Shown piece after piece: positions 8,644 through 15,533 of a DNA stretch of 22,060 bases. A program made the translations under genes and the position numbers. The notes below the pieces were generated by a model. It was not told the DNA's origin. It saw only the letters and a list, made by a program, of their open reading frames with translations, and did no database searches. This DNA is from Pyrinomonadaceae bacterium (GTDB taxonomy: Bacteria > Acidobacteriota > Blastocatellia > Pyrinomonadales > Pyrinomonadaceae). The stretch lies in contig JAUZFQ010000280.1 in NCBI GenBank assembly GCA_030838445.1, positions 1 to 22,060 of the forward strand, read 5' to 3'. Numbering within the stretch: position 1 is the stretch's first letter; each line of letters starts with the position of its first letter.

Positions 8644-9156
8644 ATGAGACATAAACTTGCTTCAGGGCTTTTGATTGCGTCAGTGATTGTGTGGGGCATC
8701 TGGTGTGGCGGGCAAGTTTTCAACGAGTTGATGACCGTGCCGATCTGGAGCGCTGCGCCGCCCGAATCCTTGAAGGTGTATGCGGAATTGCCAAGCAGAG
8801 GCGGCGCTCCATTCTTTCCGCTGTTCAATCCCCTGTTCGTCGTACTGGCAATCGGTTCGACTCTCGCGGCCTGGAAGTCGGCGCGCCGCTCAAGGAAGTG
8901 GCTCGCGCTTTCTGCTTTAATTGCCGTTGCCCTGTTCGCCTCTTTGGTGTTCTATCTGGCACCGCTCGTCGTCAGCATGTTCAGGCATAGCGTGACGGGA
9001 GACTTACCTGCGTCAGAGATTGTGGCAGGTGTCGAGCGGTGGAAATTGGGGAATAGAATCCGCCTCATAGTCGAGCTTTTCGGGTTTGTGTGCTCTGCCA
9101 TTGCTTTGCGCGTGTGGTCTGCCGAAGTCGCTTCACCCGACGAACGGACGGCATAA
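8644..9156 (+). CDS. Small four-helix membrane protein, DUF1772-like (assignment tentative)
   Basis: GGAG lies 6 nt upstream of the ATG. Four hydrophobic segments are visible. The N-terminal pattern GGQVFNELMTVPIWSAAPPESL resembles DUF1772/anthrone-oxygenase-family proteins as I remember them. The family call is unverified. Confidence 0.55.
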   Translation: MRHKLASGLLIASVIVWGIWCGGQVFNELMTVPIWSAAPPESLKVYAELPSRGGAPFFPLFNPLFVVLAIGSTLAAWKSARRSRKWLALSALIAVALFASLVFYLAPLVVSMFRHSVTGDLPASEIVAGVERWKLGNRIRLIVELFGFVCSAIALRVWSAEVASPDERTA

Positions 9157-9234
9157 CAACGGCATTCAACCGAACGCGAATCGCGTTGCTTTCAAGCGCG
9201 AGACATAGCCCTCCCGCAAACGTGAGCGCATCGG

Positions 9235-9609
9235 CTAAGACGTGCGGCCGGATGGTGCGAGTAAGCGGGCGACCGTCTCAATAATCTTGCCTACGTCTTG
9301 CGGCTTCCTCAAGAACACATTGACGCCCGCCAGTCTCGCCTCCCTATTACATTCACTCGCGGAGAACATGATGATCGGCATCGCTCTGCGGCGTGGCAGC
9401 GTGCGCGCATAGATCACTAACTCAAGACCGCTAAGGCTCGGCAACTGGTTATCACAGAGTAAGAGGTTATAACTCGCATCGCTCGCCAGCCTGAGCACGG
9501 CGACCGCGCCGTCGCCACAGTGCGAGACGCGCCAGCCTTTCGCTTCCAAAGTCTCTTTAATCGCCTGCGCGATCACGGAATGATCTTCTACTAACAGGAT
9601 GTGAGGCAT
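9235..9609 (-). CDS. Stand-alone CheY-like response-regulator receiver domain
   Basis: I start at the ATG at 9609 (MPHILLVEDH) rather than the listed TTG at 9648. Receiver signature residues are present: ED near the N-terminus, phospho-acceptor context LLLCDNQLP, IIMFSAS, FLRKP. There is no output domain and no kinase gene in the window. Confidence 0.85.
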   Translation of the reverse strand: MPHILLVEDHSVIAQAIKETLEAKGWRVSHCGDGAVAVLRLASDASYNLLLCDNQLPSLSGLELVIYARTLPRRRAMPIIMFSASECNREARLAGVNVFLRKPQDVGKIIETVARLLAPSGRTS

Positions 9610-9725
9610 AAGGCTAGTGCGGCGGGGCTTGCGCTGTCCTTGCCACAAGCCCCGCGTGCCCCTGCCGTCGCGTTGAGAGGTTCAGGCAGAGGCTAGACGA
9701 GTCGGGGTGAAGATATTCAACTCCG

Positions 9726-9920
9726 GCGCGGTCTGTTATGATGCCGCGCGTTCTGTTATTGAAAACCAGCGACGGTCATGTGTAGCTCAACCTCAAAGAA
9801 GGAGTGATGAGCATCGCCGTTCGAGTGGAGAGGTTCTTACTCACGGCGAATCTGTTACGCAGAGCCATTCCATTGAAAGTGTCCAATAGAAGCAAATCTT
9901 GTGCGTTCTCTTTTCTGTTA
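9726..9920 (+). promoter_or_regulatory. Four same-orientation TCTGTTA boxes upstream of the XRE gene (candidate operators)
   Basis: TCTGTTA occurs at 9732-9738, 9752-9758, 9851-9857 and 9914-9920. The first two are embedded in the direct repeat GCGCG-N-TCTGTTAT, 20 bp apart. The last abuts the AGGAGG SD of the HTH gene. Confidence 0.4.
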
Positions 9921-9934
9921 GGAGGTGACTCCTA

Positions 9935-10210
9935 ATGGCAAGTGAGGCGCGCGAAAAGCCTCTGCGTTTGGCCGAAAAGCTGCTGCTCATTCGGACTGCG
10001 CTTGGCCTGTCTCAGAGTGAAATGCTCAAGCGCATAGGCGCTGAAAACAAGATGGCTTACTACAGGATTTCAGAATTTGAGAACGGGAAAGGAGAGCCAT
10101 CCTTGCCCGTTCTCTTACAGTACGCGCGTGTCGCGGGGGTCTGTGTGGACGTACTGATTGACGACGAACTCGACCTGCCCGCGAAACTGCCGGGTAAGCC
10201 GAAACACTAA
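9935..10210 (+). CDS. XRE/Cro-C1-family helix-turn-helix DNA-binding protein (91 aa)
   Basis: AGGAGG SD. The HTH_3-like pattern is LLLIRTALGLSQSEMLKRIGAENKMAYYRISEFENGKGEPSLPVLLQYARVAGVCVDVLI. Confidence 0.85.
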   Translation: MASEAREKPLRLAEKLLLIRTALGLSQSEMLKRIGAENKMAYYRISEFENGKGEPSLPVLLQYARVAGVCVDVLIDDELDLPAKLPGKPKH

Positions 10211-10261
10211 GCAATGCCTCGCACACAGTCATAAAAGGTGGCCTCGCCTTCTCTCAAGACG

Positions 10262-10576
10262 AACGGTTTGAAGTTTCAACTGGCTTCCTTAAACTTTCAA
10301 CCGCACGGTTTGAAGTTTCAACCGGCTTCCTTAAAGTTTCAACCGGGTGGTTGGAATCTTCAACCGGCTTCCTTAAAGTTCAGGAAGGTGGTTTGAAGTT
10401 TCAACCGGCTTCCTTAAAGTCTCAGGAGTGCGGTTGAAACTTCAAACCAGTCTCCTTAAGTTTTAAGGAAGGCGGTTGAAACTTCAAACTTGCTTCCTTA
10501 AAACTTAAGGAGCACGGTTGAAAGTTCAAACCAGTCTCCTTAAAGTTTCAGGAAGCCGGTTGAAACTTCAAACCGG
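10262..10576. repeat. 7.5 x 42-bp (15 x 21-bp) array of two alternating palindromic motifs, with an orientation flip of motif A
   Basis: Motif A, GGTTTGAAGTTTCAACC, starts at 10265, 10307, 10349 and 10390. Its reverse complement, GGTTGAAACTTCAAACC, starts at 10432, 10474, 10516 and 10558. Spacings are 42, 42, 41, 42, 42, 42 and 42 bp. Motif B, C(T)TCCTTAA(A)G.., starts at 10284, 10326, 10368, 10409, 10452, 10493 and 10536, always in the same orientation. Degenerate remnants continue to about 10710. Confidence 0.9.
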
Positions 10577-10740
10577 ACACTCACACATTCCGGCGGGGCG
10601 ACGAATTAAGCAAACGCTCCGTTTGAATCTTTTCGCTAACCTGTTCAGACATCAAACCGCGTGCCTTACTACCTCAACTCGCGCGTTTGAGTTTGAACTT
10701 TCCTCTAACCCGTTCTTCACCAAAGAAGGAGCTAAGCCTC

Positions 10741-11094
10741 ATGGCGACCAAATACAAATTCGACACGGTACTGACCGATGGCGAGCAGATCGTGCGCGTC
10801 TGGACGGAAAACCCGACCTTCACCCTCGGCGACATCACCCTCGCCAAACTCCAGACCAGGATCAAAGACCTCCGCGCCAAGCGCGACGAGGCGGAAACCC
10901 TCCGCACGCAGTTAACCGCCCTCTCCAACGACCTCAACGCCCAAACCGGCGAACTGGCGGGCATCGTCACGCGCGCACGCAGCGGCTTCCGCGCCGTCTA
11001 CGGCCCCGACTCCACCCAGTACGAACAAGCCGGAGGCACGCGCGCCAGCGAACGCAAACGCCCCTCCAAAAAGAAGACCCCGCCCACTCCCTGA
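10741..11094 (+). CDS. Hypothetical coiled-coil protein (117 aa) with a basic tail
   Basis: I start at the ATG at 10741 (AAGGAG 8 nt upstream), not the listed 10687. The central heptad-like stretch is LAKLQTRIKDLRAKRDEAETLRTQLTALSNDLNAQTGEL. The C-terminal tail is ERKRPSKKKTPPTP. I recognise no family. Confidence 0.65.
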   Translation: MATKYKFDTVLTDGEQIVRVWTENPTFTLGDITLAKLQTRIKDLRAKRDEAETLRTQLTALSNDLNAQTGELAGIVTRARSGFRAVYGPDSTQYEQAGGTRASERKRPSKKKTPPTP

Positions 11095-11109
11095 CCACAC
11101 CACACACAC

Positions 11110-11158
11110 AAGGAGCACGCCCCGTCCAAGTATTAAACTTGGACGGGGCGTGCTCCTT
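11110..11158 (+). terminator. Very strong hairpin terminator
   Basis: Perfect 22-bp stem: AAGGAGCACGCCCCGTCCAAGT (11110-11131) pairs with ACTTGGACGGGGCGTGCTCCTT (11137-11158) around the loop ATTAA. It begins 16 nt after the stop at 11094. Confidence 0.85.
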
Positions 11159-11357
11159 GCGGCATCTATATCACTGAATCCGCTCCTGCCGGGTTGTCAT
11201 GGGATGGCAAGTCAGGCGCATCCAGACCTCAACGCTTCAAGCTCGATCCACACTATGCAACTATAGGGCTGAACAACCAAGTACGCGCATGATATTCTAC
11301 AATGCCTGTGAGTAAGTTGAGACACGCCGTTTGGTTATGATTCGTTGTCGTTAAATT

Positions 11358-12830
11358 ATGGGAAATCTGAATATTGATCGGTATCACGCGACGATGGGCG
11401 ATGCGTCGTTCAAGGATGAGACGCGTCTGCACGATAAACGCTTGAGCGAGGCGGAGGCGACGTTTTATGTGACGCAGCGGAAGTTGCCGTTCGCGCCGTG
11501 TCTGGGGCACGGGCGGTTGGTGCGCCTGATGGCGGAGGGCGGAATTGACCGGCCGCGCCTGCGCTTTCTCGAACAGGATCGAGGGGGCTTGGAGCGGTTC
11601 GCGCAGGCTGTGGAGGACATGAGTTTCGTCGGGGCGGTGCGGGCGGTGCGACCGGCGACGATCATGTTTGCGGGCGAGCCGTTCGCGGACATCACGGGGG
11701 CGTTCGGGTTGACGCAGGCGCAGGAGATCAAGTTTGAGCACGCCTTCGATCTGCCGATGACGACGGCGGCCATCGCGATGCAGTTGCGGATGGCGGCGGG
11801 CGAGACGCGCTGGCTCTCCGACTTCAGCTTGCGGCGCAACGGCGACATCGAGCGCGCCGTCGAAGTCGCCACCTATGCCTTTATCGGCGGGTTCAACGAC
11901 ACGTCGAACATGGAGGCGGCGCACCGTCTGGACATCCCGGCCGTCGGCACGTCGGCGCACTACTGGCAGCAGGCGTTCATCGAGTTTATGGACGAGCCGG
12001 AGATCGAGCCGCGCACGGGCAAGCCGAAACATTTCGAGCAGGTCGCCTTCGAGCGCTGGCTCGACGCGAACCCGCAGGGGACGACGCTCCTGCTCGACAC
12101 GATCAACGTCTACACGGGCGCGGCGCACGCGGCGATGGCCGCCACTTCTACGGACGCGCGCCGCCGCGCCTTCAAGGGCTTTCGCGTGGATTCGGGCGAC
12201 CTCGCGCAACTCGGCGCGTGGTGCTTGCGCTTCTTCGAGGCGAACGGTCTCGAAGGGTTGATGCCGGTGTTGACGGGCGATCTGGATGTGGAGGGCGTCA
12301 AGCGGATCGTGGCGGAGTTTCCGGAGGCCGCGGGGTTCGGCGTCGGCACGAAACTTTCCGGCGAGGTGCGGCGCGTGGCGGGCGTCATCTTCAAGCAATG
12401 TTTGATTGACGGCCGCCCGACGCTCAAGGCTTCCAACACGCCGGAGAAGTCAACGCTGCCCGGCCGCCTGCAAGTGTTTCGCGGCGCGGACGCGCAGGGC
12501 AATTACGTCGGCGACGTGATCGGTCTCGACGGCGAAGAGATCGACATTCCCGGCGCGGCCACCGTCGAGCCGCTCCTCGCGCCGTTCTGGGAACGCGGCC
12601 GCTACGATTCCATCCCGTCTATTACTAAACTGAAAGCCTTCGTCGAAGAACAGCGCACGCGTTTCCGCGACATCGAAAACTACCCGCACGAGTTGAGCGA
12701 CAAGTTGCGAAAGTTGCGCGACGAACTGACGGCACGCATGCGCGCCGACGAGTCGGACTGGCGCGCAGTGTTGCGCGTGCCGGAAGAGTTTGCCGAAGCG
12801 ACAACGCACGTGCCGTCGAAACAAAGTTAA
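11358..12830 (+). CDS. pncB: Nicotinate phosphoribosyltransferase-family protein
   Basis: A 490-aa protein with the N-terminal pattern DRYHATMG, the AVGTSAHYWQQAF block (the GT.AH motif typical of NAPRTases), LLLDT and FRVDSGD. I read these as type II PRTase family blocks. I did not verify substrate specificity. Confidence 0.8.
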   Translation: MGNLNIDRYHATMGDASFKDETRLHDKRLSEAEATFYVTQRKLPFAPCLGHGRLVRLMAEGGIDRPRLRFLEQDRGGLERFAQAVEDMSFVGAVRAVRPATIMFAGEPFADITGAFGLTQAQEIKFEHAFDLPMTTAAIAMQLRMAAGETRWLSDFSLRRNGDIERAVEVATYAFIGGFNDTSNMEAAHRLDIPAVGTSAHYWQQAFIEFMDEPEIEPRTGKPKHFEQVAFERWLDANPQGTTLLLDTINVYTGAAHAAMAATSTDARRRAFKGFRVDSGDLAQLGAWCLRFFEANGLEGLMPVLTGDLDVEGVKRIVAEFPEAAGFGVGTKLSGEVRRVAGVIFKQCLIDGRPTLKASNTPEKSTLPGRLQVFRGADAQGNYVGDVIGLDGEEIDIPGAATVEPLLAPFWERGRYDSIPSITKLKAFVEEQRTRFRDIENYPHELSDKLRKLRDELTARMRADESDWRAVLRVPEEFAEATTHVPSKQS

Positions 12831-12897
12831 GGCGTCGGCGCAGTCGTCATCGAAACAAAGTTGAGGCGTCGGCGCACGTGCCGTCGAAACAAAGTTA
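12806..12897. repeat. 34-bp tandem repeat (2.7 copies) overlapping the 3' end of pncB
   Basis: Copies are GCACGTGCCGTCGAAACAAAGTTAAGGCGTCGGC (12806-12839), GCAGTCGTCATCGAAACAAAGTTGAGGCGTCGGC (12840-12873) and GCACGTGCCGTCGAAACAAAGTTA (12874-12897). Copy 1 contains the pncB stop codon. Confidence 0.85.
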
Positions 12898-13055
12898 TTG
12901 ACTGCCCGACGCGGTTGTCATATCGTCCGAGCATCCACACGAACCGGGGCATCAGTTGTTTCAGTCGTAACTCTTACGAGAGGGGTTTTCAAACGCGCGA
13001 CGCGCGCTTGACAGGCGCGACGCCTTAACCCGACCCGAAAGGAGATCGAGACTCA

Positions 13056-13280
13056 ATGGCAACTAAACGTGCTTCGTCTAAGAAGGGCAGCAAGAAGGGC
13101 GCGAAGAAGGCTTCCAAGAAAGCATCGGCCAAGGCAGCCGCCTTTACGATCCCGAAAATTGATCCCGCGTGCCTCAAGAAATGCGTCGAGGCTTATCGCA
13201 AGTGCCTGGCGGGCGGCAACAAACCGGCGGTCTGTAAGTTGAGGTTCGCGAGGTGTGTGGCGGGCTGCATCAAATACTAA
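13056..13280 (+). CDS. Small Lys-rich / six-Cys protein (74 aa)
   Basis: AAAGGAGA lies about 10 nt upstream. The N-terminal half is KK/AKK-rich (ATKRASSKKGSKKGAKKASKKASAKAAA). The C-terminal half has six Cys (C..KKC......C.........C......C...C). A hairpin follows at 13355-13400. Confidence 0.6.
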   Translation: MATKRASSKKGSKKGAKKASKKASAKAAAFTIPKIDPACLKKCVEAYRKCLAGGNKPAVCKLRFARCVAGCIKY

Positions 13281-13354
13281 CGTCGCGCCAGGGACGTCAG
13301 CCCCGAGATTGCAAACGACCGCCCGCGACAACCGTAGCGCAGGGCAGTTCCACA

Positions 13355-13400
13355 GAAAGGCAGAAGGCCGCGTCTAACCCGCGCGGGCTTTCTGCCTTTC
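13355..13400 (+). terminator. Imperfect hairpin terminator after the small Lys/Cys gene
   Basis: GAAAGGCAGAA (13355-13365) pairs with TTCTGCCTTTC (13390-13400). The GC-rich inner stem (GGCCGCG / CGCGGGC) is imperfect. Confidence 0.55.
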
Positions 13401-13479
13401 GCCTGTCAACGTTATGATGCCCGCGACACTGATGTTGACGACCACACGCTCTGCCGATTCCCCGTCCCGAAGTTAAAGC

Positions 13480-14775
13480 ATGCCGGAAACGACGCCCCCG
13501 CCGCCGCTCAATCTGTCTCGCAGAAAACTGCGCCTGTTCAAGTTTGCCCTGCTGCTCTCGGCGATTCTCGTCGGGCTGCTCATCGCAGAGATCGCGCTGC
13601 GCCTCGCGGGTTACACCTACCCCGTCTTTTACACGACCGACACGACGCGCGGCGTCGCGCTCGAACCCGGCATGTCCGGCTGGTATCGCAAGGAGGGCGA
13701 GGCCTACATCCGCATCAACAGCGACGGCCTGCGCGACCGCGAGCACGCGAAGCAGAAGCCCCCCGGCACGCTGCGCGTCGCGCTGCTCGGCGATTCCTAT
13801 TCGGAGGCGCTGCAAGTGCCGCTCGAAAACACCTTCTGGTTCATCCTGGAGGAAAGGCTGCAAGGCTGTCGCGCTTTCAACGAAGGCAAGCGGGTCGAAG
13901 TGATCAACTTCGGCGTCTCCGGCTACGGCACGGCGCAGGAACTGCTGACGCTGCGCGAGCGCGTCTGGGACTACGCGCCCGACGTCGTGCTCCTCGCCAT
14001 GACCACGAACAACGACATCACGGACAACCTGCGCACGTTCAAGAAGGCCGAGGAGATTCCCTACTTCGTCTACCGCGACGGCCGACTCGCGCTCGACGAT
14101 TCCTTCCGCGAGTCGCGCACGTTCCGTCTGCGCCATTCGAGCCTCAACCGCGCGGGTCGCTGGATCAGGTCGCGCCTGCGCGTCATACAGGCTTTTCATC
14201 AGGGACACTACGCGCTCAAAAACTACCTCGCCTCGCTGCGCGCGCCCGTCGCGCAAGTCAACAACGGCGCGAACGCGCAGGCGACGAATGCGACGGGCGG
14301 GCGTAACGACAACAACGCCGCGCCCGCCGTCGCCATCTCCGACGAACTCGGCATAGACAATCTCATCTACCGCGAACCGGCCGACGCCGCGTGGCAAGAG
14401 GCGTGGCGCGTGACCGAAGGATTGCTCCGCGTCATACGCGACGAGGTGCGCGGGCACGGCGCGCACTTCATGGTCGTGACGCTGAGCAACGGCGTGCAGG
14501 TTCACCCGCGCCCCGAAGCGCGCGCGGCCTTCCTCAAGCGCGTCGGCGCGACCGACATCTTCTACCCGGACGCGCGCCTCAAGTCGCTCGGCGACCGCGA
14601 GGGCTTCCCCGTCCTGACGCTCGCGCCGTCGCTCCAACAGTATGCGGAGCAGAGACAAATCTTTCTCCATGGCTTCGGGCGCGACCTCGGCAACGGACAC
14701 TGGAACGCCGAAGGCCACCGCGTCGCGGGCGAACTCCTCGCACAGAAAATTTGCGAACTCGCCGGGCAGAACTAA
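13480..14775 (+). CDS. Membrane-anchored SGNH/GDSL-family hydrolase
   Basis: N-terminal transmembrane segment FKFALLLSAILVGLLIAEIALRL. Block I is VALLGDSYSEA, block II is NFGVSGYGT, block III is LLAMTTNNDI, and the C-terminal His region is GNGHWNAEGHRVAGELLA. An Asn/Ala-rich insert is present (NNGANAQATNATGGRNDNNAAP). Confidence 0.7.
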   Translation: MPETTPPPPLNLSRRKLRLFKFALLLSAILVGLLIAEIALRLAGYTYPVFYTTDTTRGVALEPGMSGWYRKEGEAYIRINSDGLRDREHAKQKPPGTLRVALLGDSYSEALQVPLENTFWFILEERLQGCRAFNEGKRVEVINFGVSGYGTAQELLTLRERVWDYAPDVVLLAMTTNNDITDNLRTFKKAEEIPYFVYRDGRLALDDSFRESRTFRLRHSSLNRAGRWIRSRLRVIQAFHQGHYALKNYLASLRAPVAQVNNGANAQATNATGGRNDNNAAPAVAISDELGIDNLIYREPADAAWQEAWRVTEGLLRVIRDEVRGHGAHFMVVTLSNGVQVHPRPEARAAFLKRVGATDIFYPDARLKSLGDREGFPVLTLAPSLQQYAEQRQIFLHGFGRDLGNGHWNAEGHRVAGELLAQKICELAGQN

Positions 14776-14856
14776 CCATCCCGCGCGTCCCGCCCTGCAC
14801 AGTGCGCGGAGTTGATCGGTTGCGGATCGGATCAGTTAGAAAAGGAGGAAGCGACT

Positions 14857-15285
14857 GTGAACGTCGAAGGCATCACCAAATTCATCTACGGGTTTCTAGC
14901 CGCGGTCTTCCTGCTCGTTGGCGCAGGCGTCTTGCTGTTGGACACGAATCTGCTGCCGGGCGGCGTGAGTCGCGCCTTGACGGATGCCGTTGACGGCAAC
15001 GCGCGAGCGCTGCACATCATGCAGGAGTCGGCCGCCTTTCTCGTCTTCGTCGGCCTCATCACGCTCTGGTTCGTGCGCCATTACGAACAGAGCCGCTTCT
15101 TCCACTGGGCGATGACCGCCGCGTGGGGGCTGATCGCGCTCGCCCACTGGTTCGACGTGCGCGGGTCGCGCCACTCCGGCATCGGCCCGCTCGTCAACTC
15201 CGTCCCCTTCATCCTCTTCCTCATCCTCGGCCTGCTGCGACGGACTTCGGAGGGGGCGCGGAGAGGAACGTCGGGAGCGGGATGA
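14857..15285 (+). CDS. Hypothetical four-helix membrane protein (142 aa)
   Basis: I start at the GTG at 14857 (AAGGAGG 8 nt upstream) rather than the listed 14812. Four hydrophobic segments are visible. I recognise no family. Confidence 0.6.
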   Translation: MNVEGITKFIYGFLAAVFLLVGAGVLLLDTNLLPGGVSRALTDAVDGNARALHIMQESAAFLVFVGLITLWFVRHYEQSRFFHWAMTAAWGLIALAHWFDVRGSRHSGIGPLVNSVPFILFLILGLLRRTSEGARRGTSGAG

Positions 15286-15295
15286 GGTATGAGAA

Positions 15296-15446
15296 ACAGT
15301 TCTTTCTCCGTGGTCGGTTGTCAGTTGCCTGTGGCTCTCATCCGGGTCGCTAAAGATTAGCCCGAACAATTGACCACGAACTACCGACCAAGAACAACGG
15401 CCAACTGACCACGGACAACTGACAGTCTCCGCTTCGTCGTTCCTCC
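15296..15446. repeat. MITE-like inverted-repeat element, family E, copy 2
   Basis: The ends ACAGTTCTTTCTCCGTGGTCGGTTGTCAGTTG and CCACGGACAACTGACAGTCTCCGCTTCGTCGTTCCTCC match copy 1 at 6280-6403. The internal part differs in length. It begins 10 nt after the stop at 15285. Confidence 0.75.
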
Positions 15447-15533
15447 TTCATCCTTTCCTCCCCCGTGGCTACTTTTCCCCCGGCGCACTTTGCGGTTATC
15501 CTCTTCCAAATTTCCCGTTTGAAGAAGGCACAC

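Noticed and set aside
9707-9889. The listed 60-aa ORF in the receiver/XRE intergenic region
   Set aside because: It has a GTG start with no SD and an odd composition. It overlaps the TCTGTTA boxes in a different frame from the better-supported, though still speculative, 42-codon leader ORF.
10262-10576. A CRISPR array or an integron attC array as the explanation for the regular repeats
   Set aside because: - **CRISPR:** the period is only 42 bp, and the inter-repeat segments are themselves a conserved second motif rather than unique spacers. One motif flips orientation mid-array, and no cas genes are present.
- **attC:** the sites do not fit the attC core consensus (RYYYAAC/GTTRRRY) well. 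There are no cassettes or intI.
10518-11177. The listed 219-aa ORF running from the repeat array through the coiled-coil gene and its terminator
   Set aside because: It begins inside the non-coding repeat array and is Arg/Pro/His/Thr-rich low-complexity sequence. It is out of frame with the SD-preceded 117-aa gene at 10741-11094 and reads through the 22-bp terminator hairpin.
11159-11357. A possible NAD-responsive riboswitch upstream of the pncB-like gene
   Set aside because: I looked for the conserved ACANCCCC-type internal-loop sequence of the nadA-motif class and found nothing resembling it. Without a covariance-model scan, such as Rfam with cmsearch, I cannot exclude other classes.
11253-14718. 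Long opposite-strand ORFs (11253..12398 -, 13297..14718 -)
   Set aside because: They are Arg-rich shadow ORFs antisense to the NAPRTase-like and SGNH hydrolase genes. The 13297..14718 ORF would also run through the terminator hairpin and the small Lys/Cys gene.
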